Source: Candidatus Roizmanbacteria bacterium
GTDB taxonomy: Bacteria > Patescibacteriota > Microgenomatia > UBA1406
Assembly (NCBI GenBank): GCA_024654535.1
Contig: JANLHL010000042.1
Location: 13,312 to 77,311, forward strand
Length of the DNA: 64,000 nt
Reading direction: 5' to 3'
This document shows positions 15,821-24,688 of the stretch, one piece after another. Under the pieces are notes generated by a model. It did not search any database and had not been told where the DNA came from. It saw nothing but the letters and a program-made list of their open reading frames with translations. Position 1 is the first letter of the stretch; each line of letters begins with the position of its first letter. A program made the position numbers and the translations under genes.

Positions 15821-16543
15821 TTATTGTACCACGGGGGTTGCGAAAACAAGCAATCGCTTCAGTGTCGTTCCCGGTGGCCAACATGTTTGTAGCGTTAAAA
15901 AAGGTTTACTCGATTGTTTCGTTATATATTCCACCTGTGTTGGGTCAACGATTGATTTATCTATGACTTTATATGCGTATTTTTTATTTTTGTAGAAAAT
16001 ATATATACGATCATTTGGTTCAAGTTTGTAAAGTAAGTAGAATACAGCGTTATAGCTACTGACGTTTAGCATGTTGTCTGTGGAGTGGGCAAATAGGTAC
16101 ATATGTCCAGAATCTCCTGGTAGTGCCGTTCCTCGTGCGTGTGCAACGCCTTTTTTGAGTGCTCCTATATATTCATCGTAGTTACTTGGATCAACATTCG
16201 CCTCCACTAAGCTATTTGCAGATATCTTTGGGATAACTATTGAAAATTCTGTATCAGCCGGTACTATTACTTCTTCTTTTGTTTGTAGTTTCTGTATTAC
16301 AGAGGCGAATGCGTTGGGCTTTGGTGTCGGGGTTACAATATGAGAGTTTTTTTTGACTTCGACAGTTGGTTGTTTAAATACTACAACGGTAGAAACGCCT
16401 CGATACTGCTTATACGCATAAACTATTTCTTGTCCTGCTATTGGACCAAAAATTTTTGCTACCATAAGGAGACTCAATAATACTAAAAAGTTGCCAACAG
16501 TACGAAATAGTAAAAGTCGTGCGTATTCCTTTTTGTATGACAT
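15821..16543 (-). CDS. Sortase family transpeptidase
   Basis: N-terminal TM anchor, catalytic His (HMYLFAHS), TLQTC motif and a downstream Arg (LKRLLV). Confidence 0.85.
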   Translation of the reverse strand: MSYKKEYARLLLFRTVGNFLVLLSLLMVAKIFGPIAGQEIVYAYKQYRGVSTVVVFKQPTVEVKKNSHIVTPTPKPNAFASVIQKLQTKEEVIVPADTEFSIVIPKISANSLVEANVDPSNYDEYIGALKKGVAHARGTALPGDSGHMYLFAHSTDNMLNVSSYNAVFYLLYKLEPNDRIYIFYKNKKYAYKVIDKSIVDPTQVEYITKQSSKPFLTLQTCWPPGTTLKRLLVFATPVVQ

Positions 16544-16552
16544 GTCTATTTT

Positions 16553-17869
16553 TTACTTAATACTCACTGCGTAGGCGTCGGGAAGTTCGTTTCGTTTCGG
16601 ATTAAAGTTGGTGAGTATTACTATTTTCCCATCTGATGTGGTTGTATAAAGCTCTTTTTCGAATGGTCCAGAATAAATAATAATCTTATTGGTTCCATCG
16701 TATTCTAATGCTTCTATTGTATCATTATGTACTATAATGACATGTTCTGAATCACTATACCAAAAAATTTGATCGAATAATTTACTTGACATAATGAGTA
16801 TCTCTGGCGTAATTTGTCCAGGATTTTCTACTTGCTGTAAATTGTTTAGCATTTTTTTTTGTGTCGTAGAATCCAAAACCGCGAGAAGGTAATTTTTATC
16901 TTCTTTACTATTGTAAACGTAAAGATCTCCTGTTTCTATAGTCCGTTTTTCCGCAATTGGACTTGATCCTTTCAGCGGTGGTTTGATAGTGATTGGTATG
17001 GTATAGGTAGTTTTTGCAATATAAAGAATTTTCTTTTTATCTGGCGAAATATCAATAAGCTTGGCTTTTTCAGAAAGAAGTTGTCGAATCGCTTTTGGTC
17101 GAGAATCTACTAGTTTTAGTTCCAACTCTGTATTTTGTTCATACCAACTTTCTAACAACGTTTGGTATGAATAGGTAACGTCGAGGGACGATCCGGGATC
17201 GGTGAGAGAAAGCATTCGTACAGAGATTATTTCATTATCTGCATTTTTTAGAAATGTGAGAATGTTTTTGCCTGTTGGAGAGTATATGAACATAGTTTTT
17301 GTTATGTCAATATTTGGTGGGAATAATGAGCTTGGTAGTAAAAGCTTTTTATTTTTAAAAATACTGAGTGTTTTTGAGTTAATTGTTGCATAAAAAATAC
17401 CATTCTTTTCTTCATCGTTGGGCAAAATTTGTGTATTGAGTGAGGTGTCATTACTGATATAGACGACTGATGTGTCGTCTGGCGAGAGAGCAGGGCTAAT
17501 AAGTCCTCTATCGGTGAGTGGCGAAAGGGAAGCGTTCTTAAGAAACAGTAGCGCATCGGTACGATAGACACTTTCGCGCTCTACAGTATATGTTTTTTCC
17601 CACGGTGTATAGCCTTCTTTTTCTATTCTGACAGTATATGTACCTGGATTGAGGTAGATAGTATGTGGAGTTAGGTCTGCATATTTTCCATTAATAAATA
17701 ATTGAGAGTTATTCGGGTAAGAATTTGCGACGAGAACGCCTTGAGCATGGACTTCTCGAGTTTGCGTGTTGAATCGGTAACCTTTTGCAAACATAAGTAC
17801 TCCATATGAAATAACTATTACGGAGCCTGCTATAAGTCCGAGATATACAGTTTTTTTCACATTATGCAT
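16553..17869 (-). CDS. Membrane-anchored PEGA-domain / beta-propeller-like protein
   Basis: PEGA-type segment LFINGKYADLTPHTIYLNPGTYTVRIEKEGYTPWEKTY, followed by a long beta-rich region. Start set at ATG 17869, which has TATACT 8 nt upstream; GTG 17887 would lie upstream of that -10. Confidence 0.7.
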   Translation of the reverse strand: MHNVKKTVYLGLIAGSVIVISYGVLMFAKGYRFNTQTREVHAQGVLVANSYPNNSQLFINGKYADLTPHTIYLNPGTYTVRIEKEGYTPWEKTYTVERESVYRTDALLFLKNASLSPLTDRGLISPALSPDDTSVVYISNDTSLNTQILPNDEEKNGIFYATINSKTLSIFKNKKLLLPSSLFPPNIDITKTMFIYSPTGKNILTFLKNADNEIISVRMLSLTDPGSSLDVTYSYQTLLESWYEQNTELELKLVDSRPKAIRQLLSEKAKLIDISPDKKKILYIAKTTYTIPITIKPPLKGSSPIAEKRTIETGDLYVYNSKEDKNYLLAVLDSTTQKKMLNNLQQVENPGQITPEILIMSSKLFDQIFWYSDSEHVIIVHNDTIEALEYDGTNKIIIYSGPFEKELYTTTSDGKIVILTNFNPKRNELPDAYAVSIK

Positions 17870-17920
17870 ATACTCTAAGTATACCACAGAAACTAGATCA
17901 AAATGTATTATAATACCCGT

Positions 17921-18925
17921 ATGTGGAGCAAGCGCATTTGTATAGATCTTGGAACAGCCAACTCTCTTGTGTATGTGGAGAAAAAAGGCATTGTGTTAAC
18001 TGAGCCAACAGTGGTTGCGTACTCGCTTATGGATAAGAAGATAGTCGCGGTTGGTACTGAAGCGCGCGATATGATTGGCAGGACCCCAGGAACTATCGTC
18101 GCGTCGCGACCCATGAAAGATGGTGTAATAGCACAATATACAGTTACGAGAGCGATGATAAAATACTTTCTTACGAAGGCGGTGGGCTTTTCACTCGTAA
18201 AACCTGATGTATTAATTTCAATACCAGGAGGAGCAACACAGGTAGAGAGGCGTGCTGTTTTTAATGCTTGTATGGCTGCAGGTGCCCGTGCAACATACCT
18301 CATCGAAGAGCCGCTAGCAGCTGCTATAGGTGCGCGATTGTCCATAGCAGCCCCATCAGGTAGTATGATAATAAATATTGGAGGTGGGACGACTGAGGCG
18401 GCCGTTATATCACTTGGAGAGTTGGTATCCTACAAAAGTGAGCGTATTGGAGGTAATAAAATCGACGAGGCCATAAATATATATTTACGTAAAAAACACT
18501 CTCTTATTGTTGGAGAGCGGACAGCTGAGGATTTGAAGATCAATCATGCACATGCGTTTCTCAAAGAATCACCTGAGGATGCTACTGTTGAGGTCAAGGG
18601 AAGAGATATGCGAACGGGATTACCGAGAAGCATTGAACTGAACGAACGCGAACTATCACAAAGTATTCAACGCCCTCTTCGAGGAATACTATATACAGCT
18701 AAAAAAGTACTCGAAGATATTCCGCCAGAATTATCGGCAGACATAGTTGAGAAAGGCGCAATCCTTTCTGGAGGTACAGCACTCTTGAAAGGGATTGATA
18801 TGTTTTTGTCAGACGAGTTAAATATTCCATGTTTCCTTGCAGAAGATCCACTCTCTTGTGTAATCCGAGGGCTTGGGATGATCGCAGAAAATTTTTCCTT
18901 ATATAAGGCAGCATCTGGGAATTAA
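17921..18925 (+). CDS. mreB: Rod-shape/actin-like protein MreB
   Basis: ICIDLGTANSLVY, NIGGGTTEAAVISLG and ILSGGTALLKGID. Start at 17921 is supported by TATAAT-acccgt-ATG. Confidence 0.9.
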   Translation: MWSKRICIDLGTANSLVYVEKKGIVLTEPTVVAYSLMDKKIVAVGTEARDMIGRTPGTIVASRPMKDGVIAQYTVTRAMIKYFLTKAVGFSLVKPDVLISIPGGATQVERRAVFNACMAAGARATYLIEEPLAAAIGARLSIAAPSGSMIINIGGGTTEAAVISLGELVSYKSERIGGNKIDEAINIYLRKKHSLIVGERTAEDLKINHAHAFLKESPEDATVEVKGRDMRTGLPRSIELNERELSQSIQRPLRGILYTAKKVLEDIPPELSADIVEKGAILSGGTALLKGIDMFLSDELNIPCFLAEDPLSCVIRGLGMIAENFSLYKAASGN

Positions 18926-19170
18926 TCAAATATATGAAAGCTCATAGTATTCTAGATAGAAATGAATGAATAGATATGCGTAAAAGAGCATTTATTATTG
19001 CAGATAAAATAGGCATCTTATAGTTAATTTTAAATATAAATAGCTAATAATGTATGAAAATATGCTTGTGTGAACAAATGGTTTATATAAAAGGTTTTTC
19101 TATAGTTAATTATTGTACAATATAATTGATCGTTTGTATAAAATATCAAAAAAAATATAAAAAAAATACT

Positions 19171-19953
19171 ATGTATAGTAATAAAGACCATAGGAAGGCA
19201 TTAAATTTTTTAGGAAGCAACTTAATTTTCCTTGATAAGAAGGATATCCTAGAGTTATTTTTGAAAAACAAGCAACAGGTTCAAGAAATGGTGCACATTG
19301 TTTCTATAAATCCTGAGAATGTTGTGTGCATGAAGCAAGACAAGGTATTTGAAAGGGTTGTCACAAAGGCCCAAGGTCATATTCCAGATGGTATAGGGAT
19401 TGTCATAGCAGCCCAGATACTCTATGGACGGAATGTATCAAGGTTAACTGGTGTAGACACTATGGAGTACCTCCTTACCGTAGCCGGAAATCAACGCATG
19501 AGAGCAGTGTTGATAGGTGGGAGAAGTAAATTAGCAGAAAGCATAGCTAATTGCTATAAAAAGAGGTATCCCGGCTTCGAAATTACTGGAATAGAAGGCT
19601 ATAAGGATATTCGAAAGTGCAAGAATGCAGAAACAGAGGGCATCTTTCATATAGTGAGCACTGCGAAGCCCCACTTGGTGTTCGTTGCTTTTGGATCACC
19701 GTGGCAAGAAAAGTGGATTGATGATCATAGAACCCAATTTACCGGTAGTGTTGTCATGGGAGTAGGTGGTAGTTTTGATCTACTGAGCAAGTCTCTCGTT
19801 CGTGCACCTATCTTACTACAGAAGTTTGGACTTGAGTGGCTATTTCGACTTATTCAAGAACCACATCGTTTTAGAAGACAGCTTCAATTGGTAGTATACA
19901 TTAAATATGTAATTCAAGAGTGTATTACGAGAATGAGGCTCTGGGACAATTAA
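19171..19953 (+). CDS. WecB/TagA/CpsF family glycosyltransferase (GT26)
   Basis: VSINPENVV, IPDGIGIV, FGSPWQEKWI, GVGGSFD and EWLFRLIQEPHRFRR. Start taken at MYSNKDH. Confidence 0.8.
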   Translation: MYSNKDHRKALNFLGSNLIFLDKKDILELFLKNKQQVQEMVHIVSINPENVVCMKQDKVFERVVTKAQGHIPDGIGIVIAAQILYGRNVSRLTGVDTMEYLLTVAGNQRMRAVLIGGRSKLAESIANCYKKRYPGFEITGIEGYKDIRKCKNAETEGIFHIVSTAKPHLVFVAFGSPWQEKWIDDHRTQFTGSVVMGVGGSFDLLSKSLVRAPILLQKFGLEWLFRLIQEPHRFRRQLQLVVYIKYVIQECITRMRLWDN

Positions 19954-20660
19954 GGAAGTCTTACTTGTTGTGTTATTGCTTTTTGCCCGTTTTTATCTTT
20001 TAGAACAACTGTGAGGACTGAATGATCTGATGGGGTATCGATAATGAGAAGATGACTAAAACGGGGCGTCTCATTAATGGTATATGTTTTTTGTTGTTTT
20101 CCAGTTACGACAACAGCTTCTGAACTATAGGCTTTCTTTGTTGTAAAAACAATTGCTATCTTGTGATCTGATGTGTTTTCAATACGTATATTTTGTATCT
20201 GACTTGATGCTTCTGACCGAAGGGTATTTCGTGTCTGAAAAGAATGAATAATGAGATAATTAACGAATAAGAATACTGCTACCAACGATAAAATGACACT
20301 CGATTTTAATTGAGAGAAAGAAAATAGTGTATGGGTTTTGTGATAAGTTTCAACCGAAGTTTTTTTTATTTCTACGAGACGTTTACTATCGGTGAGTTGA
20401 CCCCCGCAACGCGCACATTGAAATCCTAGTTCATTTTTCTCTAGCACAGCTTGACATCGTGGACAAATATTTTTTTTATTGACAAGTCGGGCAGTAGTGG
20501 ACGTGCGAGCTATGTTTTCGGCCTCTTGTAGCGAAACGTATTGTGCTTCTTGATTATCAAACCATAAACTATTACACGTGTGGCACTGCCAATAAACTAT
20601 ACTGCCGATTGAAGTGGGTTCGTAGTGTGAATTACATTGTGGACATTTCATTATGTTCAT
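19950..20660 (-). CDS. Double zinc-ribbon (zf-TFIIB-like) protein with TM helix and extracytoplasmic beta-rich domain
   Basis: CPQCNS...CHTCNSLWFD and CPRCQA...CARCGG, then TM VILSLVAVFLFVNYLIIHSF. The start is moved to MNIMKCPQC (20660); the upstream 73 track codons overlap the riboswitch-like leader on the other strand. Confidence 0.65.
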   Translation of the reverse strand: MNIMKCPQCNSHYEPTSIGSIVYWQCHTCNSLWFDNQEAQYVSLQEAENIARTSTTARLVNKKNICPRCQAVLEKNELGFQCARCGGQLTDSKRLVEIKKTSVETYHKTHTLFSFSQLKSSVILSLVAVFLFVNYLIIHSFQTRNTLRSEASSQIQNIRIENTSDHKIAIVFTTKKAYSSEAVVVTGKQQKTYTINETPRFSHLLIIDTPSDHSVLTVVLKDKNGQKAITQQVRLP

Positions 20661-20704
20661 TCTGTCAAATGAGGACGTTTTTTGCAACAACTTTATAGTA
20701 ACGC

Positions 20705-20733
20705 TTGTATTTTTTGCTGCATCGCAGTATAGT
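20705..20733 (+). promoter_or_regulatory. Candidate promoter for the structured leader of 20996 gene (TTGTAT-17-TATAGT)
   Basis: TTGTAT at 20705-20710, 17-nt spacer, TATAGT at 20728-20733. This predicts a ~255-nt 5' leader. Confidence 0.35.
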
Positions 20734-20766
20734 TGCAGCAAGTTGGAGAAGATGGCATGAGCCACT

Positions 20767-20980
20767 CTACGTTCAGTGAAAGTGCATGAACGTAGGGGAA
20801 GGCTCGTACGTTCGTGTAAATGAACGTACTTTCTTGGAACACGGTGAAACTCCGTGACTGTGCCGCAGCGGTAATTCACCCCGACAACTGTTGGGATGAT
20901 AAGTCCGAAAACAAGCCATCCACCACGTTCATGAGAACTGAACCTGGTGTACTACGTTCGAGTTATTTAGACGAACGTAG
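20767..20980 (+). promoter_or_regulatory. Cobalamin (B12) riboswitch-like element flanked by four related hairpins
   Basis: Core at 20835-20925: uuGGAAC-acGGUGAAACUCCgu-gaCUGUGCCGCAGCGGUAA-...-CAACUGuuGGGAugauAAGUCCGAAAACAAGCCauccacc. This resembles the conserved blocks of Rfam cobalamin riboswitches (GGGAA, GGUGAAAxUCC, GCxGCxxCGGUAA, CACUG..GGGAAG, B12-box AGYCMGgAgaCCkGCC), with deviations. Flanking hairpins: H1 20767-20795, H2 20806-20829, H3 20921-20949, H4 20952-20980. Recognised from memory only. Confidence 0.55.
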
Positions 20981-20995
20981 CCCGAGCAGGAACAT

Positions 20996-22459
20996 ATGAC
21001 AGTAGATCAATCAATTGCAGTAAATACTAACCCAACCGGAGCTATAATAGGTTCGCGGGAGCGAAATATTCATGAGTATGTACCATTATTGGCTGAGGTG
21101 GATCTTCTTATGGATGCTGACAATACGTGGGAAGAAGAGATTGTTACAGAGGGTATATATGCAAATGAACTTTGCGGTTTAGTAGAAGGAATAGATAAGG
21201 AAGGAATGTTGTTATACACAAGCCTATTAGATGAACAACTATGTGATTTTGTAGTTGGAGGACAAGTTATGGGAAGGATATTGGGTGATGGAATTGAATA
21301 CTGTATGAATGAAGAAAGAACCGCTACCGGGAGTAGGAAAAAAGTATTAGGTATTGAAGTAGAAAGACGTAAGTATGAGCAAGAGGAGCATGAAAGATTT
21401 GTAGATCTTGTAAGGGAGGGCCGTGCTGAAGATCATGTGCAGATTATTGTATCTCCATTCCCAGAAGAGGCCGCGCGAATTGATCCTCAGGCTGTCAAAG
21501 CACTTGGTTATGATTTAGAAAAGAAAACATGGAAGGTTAGAGGGCGTTGGTATGATGGAAAATCAAAAAAAATGACGACCGTTGAATTTTTAGCGAAGAA
21601 TAGTTCACTTGAAAAAATAAATCAGTTTTTGAAAGACGCCTTCCATATTAATCTACCAGCTCGGCATACAAATGACATACTATACTGTCCTTTTTTGAAA
21701 GAAAAAGAGGAGTATCAAAATTGGCAGTCATTTTTTAACCATATAGCTCCATTTTTACATACTGTAAATGAACCAGATGTTATTGTTGAAAGAGCGAAGA
21801 GAATGATTCAAACAGCATCTCCATTGGCAGAACAACTGACAATGTTGGATAAAGAACTTGCTGAGTCGCTCAAGAGTGGTCAGCCGAGTCCGATTGTACA
21901 AGCGCTTATACAAGATTATCGCGCATTAGGTCAATTAGGTGGACATTCGTCTGAGCATTTTACCCGTCAGTTAGCGGCAAGAATTAAAGAATTGAGTATT
22001 ATTACCGCTCTTGTTGAACTTGCGATAAAAACAGGAAATACGGACAATCTGCGTGGTTTTGAGAGACTTGTAGCACAACAAGACATTAACCAAGATGAAT
22101 TGCGCGCGTTTATAGCTCGCAATCCTGTTGAATATGTCGTATGTGGCTCTACTCTGAAAAGTGGCAGTGCATATTCGTGGGGTATTGACACTGTAAAGGT
22201 AGTACTGTTTGGTTCTGAAAAACGAGTTGCCACATGCCCATTATGTCAGCATGAAAATGCGTTGGATAGCAGTCACATTGCTCATGGGATAGCATGTTGG
22301 AGCTGTGGTGCAAAAGTGCCCAGTGGGGAAGCGAGTGAATGTATTGTGCTCACTGCTCGTGCTGCAGGTATACAAAATAAAAACACTCCACCGGCCAGGT
22401 ACTCTGACGAAACAAACGATGCAATATCTATAGAATTGCCAGTAATGGCTGATGCATAG
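20996..22459 (+). CDS. Hypothetical cytoplasmic protein with C-terminal zinc ribbon (487 aa), putatively riboswitch-controlled
   Basis: Long ORF with no signal peptide. C-terminal CPLCQHEN...CWSCGAKV. No other recognisable motif. Confidence 0.65.
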   Translation: MTVDQSIAVNTNPTGAIIGSRERNIHEYVPLLAEVDLLMDADNTWEEEIVTEGIYANELCGLVEGIDKEGMLLYTSLLDEQLCDFVVGGQVMGRILGDGIEYCMNEERTATGSRKKVLGIEVERRKYEQEEHERFVDLVREGRAEDHVQIIVSPFPEEAARIDPQAVKALGYDLEKKTWKVRGRWYDGKSKKMTTVEFLAKNSSLEKINQFLKDAFHINLPARHTNDILYCPFLKEKEEYQNWQSFFNHIAPFLHTVNEPDVIVERAKRMIQTASPLAEQLTMLDKELAESLKSGQPSPIVQALIQDYRALGQLGGHSSEHFTRQLAARIKELSIITALVELAIKTGNTDNLRGFERLVAQQDINQDELRAFIARNPVEYVVCGSTLKSGSAYSWGIDTVKVVLFGSEKRVATCPLCQHENALDSSHIAHGIACWSCGAKVPSGEASECIVLTARAAGIQNKNTPPARYSDETNDAISIELPVMADA

Positions 22460-22461
22460 AG

Positions 22462-23334
22462 TTATAGTTCGGTCGTGTACTTTTTTATTTCAAACGCTGC
22501 CATTGTTGGGTCGACAGTGTTTGTTGACAAACCAGTTCCAAGTTCGAATCCTCCCCGTATGAGAACTCGTGGAATGATGCGTAAATAAAATGGCGGAGTA
22601 GGACTAATGTAATAATTGTATGAAAACCCGTCCAGTAATTTTTCAAGTGCCACAAGGGTAGTTTTTAACATTCGAGAAACATGCGTTAGCTCTTCTTCTG
22701 AAAAACGTGCAAAGTCGACAGATTCAAGTGCTGGAGCAGTTACTTCTTGATTCATGCAACTTTTGTGCGCTATCCATACCTCGTAGGGGTATTGAGAAAA
22801 ATCTGGGCAAAACGACACAAACATACTATTTTCAACGACTATATTTTTTATAGGCTCAAGCGATAGTGCTTCGAGATTAATTTGTCGAGGAAGTAATATT
22901 ATTTGTGAGTGTGGATGGGGCAAGCTTGTACCCGCATCTGCACCTTTATTACGGAATAAAATAGGTACTCCTTCTTGGCTCAATTTTATAATACGATGCT
23001 GATAGACAATAAAAAGTAGTTTTAATTCCTCCTCAGTCATTTGTTCTATTTCTTTTGTGTGGTCTGGACTATGAACTATAACTTCATGAACATCAGTGAT
23101 AGGGAATTTATTTGCAAATACTCGGATCTGCCAACTGTGTGGTCCACGCATTCTTTCTATTTCGCACGGCGTTTTTTCTTCATTTCCTGGACAAAATGGG
23201 CAGTTCTTAGCTATCTTCATGCCATCTTTTTGCGTAAGTTTGTATTCAGCTTCAGTTGCGTGTGGTTTATTTAGTCTACTCGGTGCCAATATGACCCACC
23301 GGTTACTTTTACTGTCTGGAATATATTTTGCCAT
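22462..23334 (-). CDS. galT: Galactose-1-phosphate uridylyltransferase family (GalT / HIT-like nucleotidyltransferase)
   Basis: Zinc motif CPFCPGNE and active site HPHSQI. Start MAKYIPD (23334) is supported by TATACT-7 nt-ATG. Confidence 0.85.
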   Translation of the reverse strand: MAKYIPDSKSNRWVILAPSRLNKPHATEAEYKLTQKDGMKIAKNCPFCPGNEEKTPCEIERMRGPHSWQIRVFANKFPITDVHEVIVHSPDHTKEIEQMTEEELKLLFIVYQHRIIKLSQEGVPILFRNKGADAGTSLPHPHSQIILLPRQINLEALSLEPIKNIVVENSMFVSFCPDFSQYPYEVWIAHKSCMNQEVTAPALESVDFARFSEEELTHVSRMLKTTLVALEKLLDGFSYNYYISPTPPFYLRIIPRVLIRGGFELGTGLSTNTVDPTMAAFEIKKYTTEL

Positions 23335-23368
23335 GTGTAATAGTATACACATTTATAAATAATGTGTG

Positions 23369-23439
23369 CAGGGCTGTCAGGATTCGAACCTGAAAGAGCG
23401 GTTTTGGAGACCGCCATGATACCATTTCATCACAGCCCT
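23369..23439 (-). tRNA. tRNA-Trp (anticodon CCA)
   Basis: Manual cloverleaf: acceptor AGGGCTG/CAGCCCT, anticodon arm GCGGT-CTCCAAA-ACCGC, T arm TCAGG-TTCGAAT-CCTGA, discriminator G. No encoded CCA. Confidence 0.88.
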
Positions 23440-23503
23440 ATTATATAATCACTATTATACCGATTTTATTACCATTCTTGCAGAGAATCTTCTCTATTCC
23501 ATT

Positions 23504-23512
23504 TGTTACAAT
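23504..23512 (+). promoter_or_regulatory. Extended -10 promoter (TGtTACAAT), 6 nt before ATG 23519 (leaderless)
   Basis: Sequence reads tgt tacaat agaaac ATG. Confidence 0.45.
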
Positions 23513-23518
23513 AGAAAC

Positions 23519-24688
23519 ATGGCGCGTGTACGAATAACAGAATATAGTGCAAAAAAGACACTTGCTAAAAATGGCATTATGCCCTGTTGGAAGGGTATGA
23601 AAGCAACAGTTAATACGAACGTTCATGATATTGTTTCCTTTTTTGGAGACCTACCATTAGTGGTTAAAGTTGATGAAGGTATTAAAAAGAGAGGAAAGCA
23701 GGGACTGGTTTTTATCAACGGGACAGCAGATGACATAGTTTCATTTATAGAGAAAATCCAAAAAAGGGGATATTCTCAATTTTTGATAGAACCTTTTATC
23801 AAGCATGAGGTAAAAGATGAGCGCTATCTTTCTTTAGAACGTGTACGAGGAGGTATGAAGATACTCTATGGAGAAGAAGGGGGTATTGATGTGGAAAATG
23901 TGTGGGATAGGGTAAAAACGTACGTGGTTTCAGAAGAAAAGCCTCTTTCCAAGTTTTCGGTACCAAGTGGGCTTATCGGTCTGATTGAAAAACTTATCGC
24001 ATACATGAATATGTACCATATATCATTTTTCGAGATAAACCCACTTGTGATTAGTAGCTCGATACAGATTCTAGATTGTGCGATGGAAGTTGATGATGCT
24101 GCTTCTGGCTCTCAAGGAATGGAAGACGTTATGAGCGGAGTCGTTCATGAGAAAACGAGGCATAAAGTAGAAGAAACAATTTCAGCATTAGATGAGAATA
24201 CCCCAGCATCACTTAAGTTTACATTGCTTAATAAGGATGGAAGTATATGGGTGTTGTTGTCGGGTGGAGGTGCGAGTTTAGTATTAGCAGACGAAGTTGC
24301 CGATATGAAAAAAGGCAATTTACTTGCAAATTATGGTGAGTATAGTGGTAGTCCAACGAGCGAAGATACCTATTTATACACGAAAGCCGTTCTTTCTGCT
24401 TTGTGTGAATCAAAGGCGCCAAAAAAGGTCCTTCTTATTGCTGGAGGTGTGGCAAATTTTACAGACGTTTCAAAAACGTTTAAGGGAATTATCCAAGCAT
24501 TGAAAGAAGTTTCAGATGAACTCAAAAAACAGAACGTACGTGTGTTTGTTCGACGTGGAGGACCAAATCAAACAAAAGGCCTTGCAGAAATGAAAGAATT
24601 TCTTATTCAAAAAGGATTACTTGGTTCTGTTGACGGTCCAGAAATGCCATTGACCGACGTGGTACATAAAGCAATAGATTTGCACTAG
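23519..24688 (+). CDS. ATP-citrate lyase ATP-grasp/citrate-binding subunit (AclB / plant ACLA-type; or citryl-CoA synthetase large subunit)
   Basis: Near-colinear motif match to ACL ATP-grasp subunits: MARVRITEYSAKK (cf. MARKKIREYDSKR), SLKFTLLNKDGSIWVLLSGGGASLVLAD, NYGEYSGSP, GGVANFTDVSKTFKGIIQALKE, VFVRRGGPNQTKGL. Confidence 0.9.
   Translation: MARVRITEYSAKKTLAKNGIMPCWKGMKATVNTNVHDIVSFFGDLPLVVKVDEGIKKRGKQGLVFINGTADDIVSFIEKIQKRGYSQFLIEPFIKHEVKDERYLSLERVRGGMKILYGEEGGIDVENVWDRVKTYVVSEEKPLSKFSVPSGLIGLIEKLIAYMNMYHISFFEINPLVISSSIQILDCAMEVDDAASGSQGMEDVMSGVVHEKTRHKVEETISALDENTPASLKFTLLNKDGSIWVLLSGGGASLVLADEVADMKKGNLLANYGEYSGSPTSEDTYLYTKAVLSALCESKAPKKVLLIAGGVANFTDVSKTFKGIIQALKEVSDELKKQNVRVFVRRGGPNQTKGLAEMKEFLIQKGLLGSVDGPEMPLTDVVHKAIDLH

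Noticed and set aside
17908-18345. 145-aa ORF antisense to mreB. Also antisense ORFs inside leuS, ACL, GT and tyrS genes.
   Set aside because: They are fully nested opposite strongly supported conserved genes. They have no start signature or recognisable motifs.
20661-20995. Considered RNase P RNA, tmRNA, SRP RNA or 6S RNA for this structured, GC-richer 335-nt intergenic region.
   Set aside because: The GAGGAAAGUCCGG / ACAGAAxCCGGCUUA P4 pair, the tmRNA tRNA-like ends and tag ORF, and the SRP domain IV motif are all absent on either strand. The conserved blocks fit a cobalamin riboswitch much better (reported as a finding).
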